Assembly: GCA_965240325.2 (NCBI GenBank) | Contig: OZ251222.1 | Coordinates: 3,348,001 to 3,412,000, forward strand | Direction of reading: 5' to 3' | Length of the DNA: 64,000 nucleotides | Source of the DNA: Rebecca billardiae RCC1528 | Lineage: Eukaryota; Protista; Haptophyta | Part shown: piece after piece, positions 56,891 through 64,000 of the stretch | Layout: each line of letters opens with the position of its first letter | Numbering within the stretch: position 1 is the first letter of the stretch | Translations under genes and position numbers: made by a program | Notes under the pieces: model-generated | Database searches by the model: none | Told to the model about the DNA's origin: nothing | The model's input: only the letters and a program-made list of their open reading frames with translations

Positions 56891-58348
56891 ATGGGCGCCT
56901 TCCCGTCGAGAAAGGTGACTCCCGATAGCGCCATGGCCGACGGCTCTTGCGCCACCGACAGCTTTGAACTCCTTCATGCTCTCGCGTCGACGGACGGGGC
57001 GTTCGAGATCGCCCAGCTCCTGGACGTGCGCTCGCTGTGCCGGCTCGCGCAGACGTCTCACGGGTGGCGCGCACACGTGCAGGCAGACGTGCAGGCATGG
57101 CGCGCGCGCGCGCTCGAGCTCGGGCTGGATGCGGCGAGCGACAGCGCGAGGGTGGCTACATGCCCCGCTGGGGCGTACCGCTCGGTGATCCGCGAGGCTT
57201 GGAGCGTCCGCATCGGCGACGCACTCGAGGTCCTCGACACGTGCGGTCAAGTCGGGGTCGCCCGTGTGCTGGCCAAGGTGGACGACCCGTCGCATGGCCC
57301 GCTCCTGCTCCTCGGCTTCGAGTCGCGAACTCAGGACTGGATGACATGGGTGCACCGCGTGCACGATCGCGATCGTCTGCGCCCGCTCACGCCGGACTCC
57401 GCGGTGATGGATGCGGACGCTGGGCTCGCGCGGGCCGACTTTGAGCGGCTCGTGCGCAGCGTGCAGGCCAAGCTCTTGCGCGGCACCTCGACGTGGGCGC
57501 CGCCGTGCGGGTCGCGCGACGGCCGGTGGCCATGGCCGTACAAGCAGCTTGATGGCGGCACCACGCTGGGCGCCTTCAAGATCGGCATCGGCTTTAGCGC
57601 CAAGCGTGCTTGGTATGCAAGCCAGGTGACCCGGCCATTCAAGCCGGCTGCGCAACTCGCCCGGGACCGAGTGGCGTGCATCAGCATGTGGCTCGCGGCG
57701 ACGGCTATGGACGGCGCGGGCGATCGTCCGATCGCGCACGAGCTCCTGTCGCGACCATGGCCCCCCGAGCGACCGCTTGCCGATGCCCACCCGCGGACGC
57801 CGATGTCTTTCGAGATGCGTGCTTCGGACTCGGCCACGACCCGCACACGCGTGGGGCACGAGTGGCAGGCTGGCGAGCGGCTCGAGGCGCGCGATCACTG
57901 CGGCTACTGGTACGTCGCCCGGATCGTAAGCTACGATCGGGAGACGGGCTACGTGCATGTCCACTTTGAGGGCTGGGATGATCGATGGGACGAGTTCCAC
58001 ACCGCGGAGGCCCTGACCATCCGCCCTTACGCAGGCCTGCAGCGCTACGGCGCGCGCGGCGACGAGGAGCATGACACTCGCTGGGGTGGCGACCCAGCTG
58101 AGGCCATCGCTGCCGCCGCCGCGGCACCCCCCCCGCCGTACGCCATCGGCCAGCGCGTTGAGGCGCAGGACTACATGGGCGTGTGGTACGCCGCACGCAT
58201 CGTCGAATGGCTGCCGCACAACCATTGGCGCATGCGCGTGCACTTTTGCGGGTGGAGCGAGGCCTTTGACGAGTGGCACGACGCGAGCTCGCCAACACTC
58301 CGGCCATTCGCCGGCCTGCAGCACTACGGGCCGAACGGGGCGGAGTAG
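56891..58348 (+). CDS. F-box-like protein with three Tudor/chromo-barrel (PHF20/MBT-like) domains (start 56891 or 56933)
   Basis: EIAQLLDVRSLCRLAQTSHGWR resembles an F-box. GERLEARDHCGYWYVARI...VHVHFEGWDDRWDEF and GQRVEAQDYMGVWYAARI...VHFCGWSEAFDEW are two barrels; a third is degenerate. Confidence 0.8.
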   Translation: MGAFPSRKVTPDSAMADGSCATDSFELLHALASTDGAFEIAQLLDVRSLCRLAQTSHGWRAHVQADVQAWRARALELGLDAASDSARVATCPAGAYRSVIREAWSVRIGDALEVLDTCGQVGVARVLAKVDDPSHGPLLLLGFESRTQDWMTWVHRVHDRDRLRPLTPDSAVMDADAGLARADFERLVRSVQAKLLRGTSTWAPPCGSRDGRWPWPYKQLDGGTTLGAFKIGIGFSAKRAWYASQVTRPFKPAAQLARDRVACISMWLAATAMDGAGDRPIAHELLSRPWPPERPLADAHPRTPMSFEMRASDSATTRTRVGHEWQAGERLEARDHCGYWYVARIVSYDRETGYVHVHFEGWDDRWDEFHTAEALTIRPYAGLQRYGARGDEEHDTRWGGDPAEAIAAAAAAPPPPYAIGQRVEAQDYMGVWYAARIVEWLPHNHWRMRVHFCGWSEAFDEWHDASSPTLRPFAGLQHYGPNGAE

Positions 58349-58389
58349 CCGGGCGTGACGAGCGCCTCGAGTCTCCTCAAAGGCGCCGC

Positions 58390-59127
58390 TCACGGCGCGT
58401 CGCGCTCAGACGGTTGCACGGTGAACGGCGGGCTTTCGTCGAACGGATCGCGCCGCTCGCGCTGGCGCCGGCATGCGCTTCCCCACCACTCGAGCTGCGC
58501 CCAGCTCCGACCCGCGTACCCGACCCACCGTGCCCGAGCCTCGTCATCCCCGATGACCTCGCCGTTCGCGTCAAAGACAGTTTGCACGCTGGGCACGAGC
58601 ATCAACGCACTGACGGGCAGGCAGCCGAGCTCAGAGAGCACAGGGCGCAGCGCGACAGCAGCGCGCGACCCTCCCCACTGACCTGCGCTGTAGCATACAA
58701 TCGCAGACGGCTTGAAGGCAAAGAGGCTCGAACCAAAGTGATTGAGCACATTCAATAGCGCCGGGCTCGGCGCGTGGTTGTACTCGGGTGAGAGCATCAC
58801 GTAGGCATCGGCCCGCTTGATCGCGTCCGCCAGCGTGGTGAGCACCGAAGGCGCTTTGCCGGCTGGGTAGAAAAAGTGCGGGCGGAACTCGGCCGTGCTC
58901 ATGTCGAGCGTCCGCGCGTCGAAGACGTTCACATCGTGCCCACGCTCGCGCAAGGTTGAGGCACAGAACTTGCTCACTCGCGGCCCCACGCGGCCTGCGC
59001 GAACAGAGCCCTCAATGACCAGAATGTTCAGAGCATCATTCCCAGGCGATGGGGCGCCCGTGGTGCTCATCGCCGCGAGCGTGCGTGCGCCTACAGCCGC
59101 AAGGCGCAGCTGCGACGACGGCCTCAT
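58390..59127 (-). CDS. NADPH-dependent FMN reductase (flavodoxin-like fold); start uncertain
   Basis: Motifs ILVIEGSVRAGRVG, SPEYNHAPSPALLN and YSAGQWGGSRA. Confidence 0.92.
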   Translation of the reverse strand: MRPSSQLRLAAVGARTLAAMSTTGAPSPGNDALNILVIEGSVRAGRVGPRVSKFCASTLRERGHDVNVFDARTLDMSTAEFRPHFFYPAGKAPSVLTTLADAIKRADAYVMLSPEYNHAPSPALLNVLNHFGSSLFAFKPSAIVCYSAGQWGGSRAAVALRPVLSELGCLPVSALMLVPSVQTVFDANGEVIGDDEARARWVGYAGRSWAQLEWWGSACRRQRERRDPFDESPPFTVQPSERDAP

Positions 59128-59390
59128 CCCGATCGGCGCGCCTCTCGAGTGCGCGATGAGAAGGACGACGAAGACGTGCACGCCTGCAGAAGTCGTCGTG
59201 GCGGCGAGCGATCACGTGCTGCGCGACGTGAAGGCGACCACGCGGCGGCAGAACGCAGAAGTCGATACGCAGCTGTTCAGGGTTCGCGGCCGCGCGCCCT
59301 CGCGGTCGGGGCTGCCCAGCCGCTAGCTAAAAAGGGCGCCCGCCCTGGCCAGGCCGTGCGTCCAAAGAATGTCCTGTGTTTCGGGTAGCC

Positions 59391-60502
59391 CAAGGGAGGT
59401 CCGGGCCGGGCCGGGAGCTCCCAGCGAGCGGCCAGCGCGACATCACCTCAAGGTTTTTTCCTGAGCGCCGGGCGGCAGCGGCGGCGAGGGCGGTGCTCCG
59501 CTGGCGGGGCGCGCACGGGGCACGGCGCTGCGGGCGCGGATGTGTCCGCAGAGCCGGCGCGTGCGGACGGGCTGTTGCGGGAGAGCATCTGGCGCCCTCC
59601 TGCGCCGCGCGCATTGCGCCACGCCTCTTTCGCCTTGACTCAGGGCAGCGCGCACATGCGCGCTGCGTCAAGGCCAGCCTTGCCGCGCCGCAGCCGACCG
59701 CACGCGCGCCGTGCGCGGCGTGGTCGGGAAGGAACGGGCGCGGCTGCCGGGCGAGATGGCGACATCACGTGCGCACGCCATGTCGTCCCGCGGCGCCGCG
59801 AAAGGGCGCGATAACGGATCCGCACAGCTGTTGACGAGTGCTGATTTCTTGCCGTGCCTGAAGCCAGACCTGAGCTCGAAAAAGATGATGAAAGTGCATC
59901 AGCGCGAGGAAAGCGTCGCACCCAGCACTTCTACATGGCCACGTGGTGATGGACATTCATGTAAGAGTAGTCCGCGTGCCCGTCTGGCACTGTTCTGTGT
60001 CTCAATGATCGTCCCGACAAGGGTCGCGACCGCGAGGCCGTGCAGACCATTTGAGACAACTCGAAGAGGCGTGCAAACGGACCGGCGACACGCTCGTCAA
60101 GGCGTGGCGGGGCGGCATGGCGTGCGCACGTGATGTCGCCATCTCGCCCGGCAGCCACGCCCGTTCCTTCCCGACCACGCCGCGCACGGCGCGCGCGCGG
60201 TCGGCTGCGGCGCGGCAAGGCTGGCCTTGACGCGGCGCGCATGTGCGCGCTGCCCTGAGTCAAGGCGAAAGAGGCGTGGCGCAATGCGCGCGGCGCAGGA
60301 GGGCGCCAGATGCTCTCCCGCAACAGCCCGTCCGCACGCGCCGGCTCTGCGGGCACATCCGCGCCCGCAGCGCCGTGCCCCGTGCGCGCCCCGCCAGCGG
60401 AGCACCGCCCTCGCCGCCGCTGCCGCCCGGCGCTCAGGAAAAAACCTTGAGGTGATGTCGCGCTGGCCGCTCGCTGGGAGCTCCCGGCCCGGACCTCCCT
60501 TG
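59391..60502. mobile_element. Small foldback DNA transposon, family B copy 2 (1112 bp), inverted relative to B1
   Basis: Near-identical to B1 with the core reversed and an extra 5-bp GCCGG in one TIR. 7-bp TSD GGTAGCC (59384-59390 / 60503-60509). Confidence 0.93.
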
Positions 60503-60695
60503 GGTAGCCTGGGGCCGGACCAAGTCCTTGGCCGGACCTTGGAACGCCCGTTTGAATCGCCAATCGGCCATCGTCCACGCGAGCGGGCGCGACGCCGGCG
60601 CGGCCGGCGCTCCCCCCTCTGAAGTCTCGCCCTCGTCTGACATCTGCACGGTTGAGAACATCGCAGGCACTCACGCACACGCAGTACACTTCGTC

Positions 60696-61187
60696 ATGGC
60701 AACTGAACCGAGCGCGCCGAGTGGCGTGACTGAGCTGGAGATGAAGATGTCGCGACTCATGCCGGCAAAGCGCACGACCCGGCCCTTCAACTCACCCGCG
60801 GTGTGTGCACGGATGTGTCACGAGCATGGTTGCCTGCCCTGCAGGGCCAACATGACGCCTCGTCCACACCCAACGCCCGCGCCCGCGCAGGAACAACCAC
60901 CGCGCCTTCGCGCTTGCGCAGGGACAGGCGCCGCGCAAGCAGGAAGGCTCGCTCCACTCAGAATGTCTGCGCTGAACGCACCAGAGGAGGGCAGCCTCAA
61001 GCCACACACTCCGAGAGCTGCCACCTGCCTCACCCCGGCGACAACCTCTGGCGTGCCATCGGCGCCCACGACCAAGCGGAGCGAACGCCGTACGGGTGAC
61101 CGTGAGGACCATTTGGAGCGCAAGCTGCCCTTGATCGTCACGCCGTCAGCCTCGTCGTCGCCGACGCAGAAGCTGAGATTCGACTGA
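60696..61187 (+). CDS. Small hypothetical low-complexity protein, possible 90-bp intron at 60801-60890
   Basis: ATG at 60696, a phase-0 GTGTGT...CGCAG candidate intron and an AT-rich 3' region downstream. No recognisable domain. Confidence 0.35.
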   Translation: MATEPSAPSGVTELEMKMSRLMPAKRTTRPFNSPAVCARMCHEHGCLPCRANMTPRPHPTPAPAQEQPPRLRACAGTGAAQAGRLAPLRMSALNAPEEGSLKPHTPRAATCLTPATTSGVPSAPTTKRSERRTGDREDHLERKLPLIVTPSASSSPTQKLRFD

Positions 61188-62178
61188 TGCAACAGGTCTT
61201 TGTCAGCATGGCACGGGGGATCGCTCGCTCGGGCTCACGACTCTCTGTTCTTCGCTTCAAGGTCGAGCTGCTGTGCTGAGAGTATGAGTCCGCCAGCACG
61301 GAGTGAGCGCGCGGTGGTCCGGTTGGCCCGGGCGGCGGCGGACTGGGCACTGGCCACTGGGCCGGACTCGCCGCCGCCCGACAGTCCCAAGGCCGAGGCC
61401 CGCGGCGCCTGCCGTCGGCGTCAGGGCCAGGTCGGCTGCGCGACTGCTCGCGCGCCGTCCATCCAGCCTCCAGACGACCGTCCGAATCGGAATATGCGCC
61501 GCTGGCACCGCTGGGCAGAGTGCAGACCATGTATTTATTCATGTATCATATATATATATGTATATTAATAAAATATCATCTCAGTTTTTACAATCAAACT
61601 GAACCCTATTAAAGTATTTATAATCAAGCTATAAGCTCAAGACGTCGTAATACGATTACGACGACAGTCTTATGATACAGAGTCAGACATCAATATACTT
61701 CCGCGTCCGCCGGCGGCGTCCGCGCGCCACGACGCCGCCGTTCATTACGCCGTTCTGCCGTTCAGTGAGTGATTCACTATGATTCACTAATCACTGTCTG
61801 AGACTGTAGCTAGTCATGCACTGTCGAGTCGGTAACTACGTTGACTCATGTGACTGATGTCTGATGAATTCAGTCAGATGTACGCAGTGACGAGAGTTAC
61901 TCCGTGAGTGAGAGCTTATAAATCATATGGCTTAGCAGAATAAATATCAGTCTCACTGCTGAGTATGACAGTCATATATATAACGAGTAATATATGACCG
62001 CGTTCCGCGGTCTTTTTCCGTAGAACTAACGTAGTTCGGGGCCCGCGGTGCACCCTCCGTCGGCTGCTGTCTCAGTCTGACATGTGTAACAGTTCGCCTG
62101 AGCTGCCACCGCCAACTCAGTCACTGCCGCCCACCGGGCCGGCGGGCCGAGGACTGTCGCCGCGGGCCGCCGCGGGGA

Positions 62179-63345
62179 CTAGCGGCCGGCGCGCGCGCGC
62201 AGGCAGGGCGAGAGGCGCTGGCGCGGCGCGAGCCGGCGCGTGCGCGCGAGCGGGCGCACCTGCTTGAGGTACTCGCCCTGCGCCATGCGCTCGACGACGG
62301 GCCGCTGGTCGCTCAGCCGGCACGCCTCGTGCCGGCAGAGCGAGAGCGCGCGCCACTGCAGACTGCTGGCCCGCCGGCCTGCCGGCTGCGCAGCCGCGCA
62401 CCGAGACCGACCGAGCGGAGCTCGGGGCGGTGGAACGAGGCGAGCGGCGCGTCGCGCCTGCCGCCGCGCGTGCGCGCCTGCTCCACCGCGCCGCCGTGCT
62501 CGCCCGCCGCCTCCTCCGCCGCGTCGGCCTCGAAGACGGCGGCTGCCAGCGGCAGGCTGAGCTGCGCGCGGCTCACTCACACTGTCTGTGAGTCCTCACG
62601 CTGCTGCCGGACCTCCGCGCCGCCGTCGACCGAGTTGAGGAGGAGCTCGGGCTCGGCGTCGAGGCGCGAGCTCGCGTGCTCGAGCTCGCCCTTCAGCCGC
62701 GCGAGCTCCGGGCGCATCCGGCTCATCAATCAGCTCTGCCGCGCCGCTCGCTCGGCGGCGGCGGGCGGCGCGCTCTGCTCCGGTCGGCGAGCGACGAGCT
62801 CGCGTGCTCCGGACTCGGCTCGCCCTTGCGCGCTGCTCCTCGAGTGACGAACGCGCCCGCGGGCAGGTTGTTGCCCGTCGCCCCCGCCGCGATCTCGCCG
62901 CCCCCGCCGCGATCTCGTCGCCCGCCGCCTCCTCCGCCGCGTCCGGGCCTCGAAGACGGCGGCTGCCAGCGGCAGGCTGAGCTGCGCGCGGCTCACTCAC
63001 ACTGTCTGTGAGTCCTCACGCTGCTGCCGGACCTCCGCGCCGCCGTCGACCGAGTTGAGGAGGAGCTCGGGCTCGGCGTCGAGGCGCGAGCTCGCGTGCT
63101 CGAGCTCGCCCTTCAGCCGCGCGAGCTCCGGGCGCATCCGGCTCATCAATCAGCTCTGCCGCGCCGCTCGCTCGGCGGCGGCGGGCGGCGCGCTCTGCTC
63201 CGGTCGGCGAGCGACGAGCTCGCGTGCTCCGGACTCGGCTCGCCCTTGCGCGCTGCTCCTCGAGTGAAGAACGCGCCCGCGGGCAGGTTGTTGCCCGTCG
63301 CCCCCGCAGCGATCTCGCCGCCCCCGCCGCGATCTCGTCGCGCAT
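62179..63345 (-). pseudogene. Degraded gene fragment containing a ~420-bp tandem duplication (~62501-63341)
   Basis: Coding-like stretches (MRPELARLKGELEHASSRLDAEPELLLNSV; LPLAAAVFEADAAEEAAG) are broken by TGA codons and frameshifts. CCTCGAAGACGGCGG occurs at 62528 and 62948. Confidence 0.5.
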
Positions 63346-64000
63346 GTGTCCGTGGCGCGCGCCTGCGAGGTCGGACGGAGGTGACAGGCGGGCCGCGAGC
63401 TCAGCCTCGGGGAGAGCGGAGCGAGAGGGCGAGACGGACGGAGCGAAAGCCGTGACCGCGGCTGAATCAAGGGCCGGCGCGCCCGGGTTCGTCGCGCTGC
63501 TTTTTTTTACTATTCACAGTTAGAAGTGATCAAGTTTCCCGATCCCTTGCCTTGCCGTTTTTATCGGTTGGCGGTTGGCGGCAATCTCATACTTAAAATC
63601 GCGCTCGTAACGAACCGTTACACTAATGTCACGTCCAGCTGACGTCCAGATCGCACTTTACTGAAGGGAATCAGCTGGGCGCGGTTTTTTTTGGCCTGAT
63701 AGACCTCTCAATGCGATCTCAAAAACTCGAAACTCGGTCTCCGCCAGCCCTAAAAATCGCCCCCCGTCCCTTTTTTCTTGATCAAAGATCTTTTTGAAAC
63801 GTGGTTCGGGCCCGCTGGTGCGGGCCGTCCACGCTGCGCGCTCCGCCCTGCACCGCGGGCCATAATTTATGAGTGAGAGTACGACGACTGTCTCGACTTA
63901 CGTACGCGGACGACTGGCCGCGCAGGCGCCGCAGCCCCGCGCAGCAGCGGTCCGGGACTCACGGTCCGGATGAATGACACCGTGACACTCGGCGCTGCCG

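Noticed and set aside
43765-59127. AP endonuclease, RdRP, zinc-finger and F-box/Tudor genes as a functional silencing or defence cluster
   Set aside because: They are interspersed with a peptidase, FabD and an FMN reductase. Adjacency in a compact eukaryotic genome is not evidence without synteny or co-expression.

Overview
Very GC-rich eukaryotic nuclear DNA with short GC-rich spliceosomal introns (GTGCG...CAG), compact divergent promoters and AT-rich 3' intergenic tracts. A haptophyte or similar GC-rich alga is a plausible source (inference only). Host genes are a kinesin, THADA/Trm732, a putative secreted glycosyltransferase-like protein, a tetraspanin-like protein, a giant membrane pseudo-cyclase/kinase, an ExoIII-family AP endonuclease, a compact cellular RdRP, a C69 dipeptidase, a 16-finger C2HC zinc-finger protein, FabD, an F-box/Tudor-like protein and an NADPH-FMN reductase. 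About 30% of the window is mobile DNA that the ORF track does not reveal. It includes a DIRS/Ngaro-type retrotransposon whose gag and RT are in frame across a single TAG followed by a strong hairpin, and a 1.0-kb PIF/Harbinger-type element with a TCA TSD. It also includes four foldback DNA transposons in two families (6.1 and 7.1 kb; two of 1.1 kb), all with CA...TG ends and perfect 7-bp TSDs (Galileo/P-like). The strongest candidates for new biology are the foldback families, the read-through signal in the retrotransposon, and the TM-cyclase-TM-cyclase-kinase protein with a receiver-like domain inside its activation segment. All calls come from manual reading; no database searches were run.
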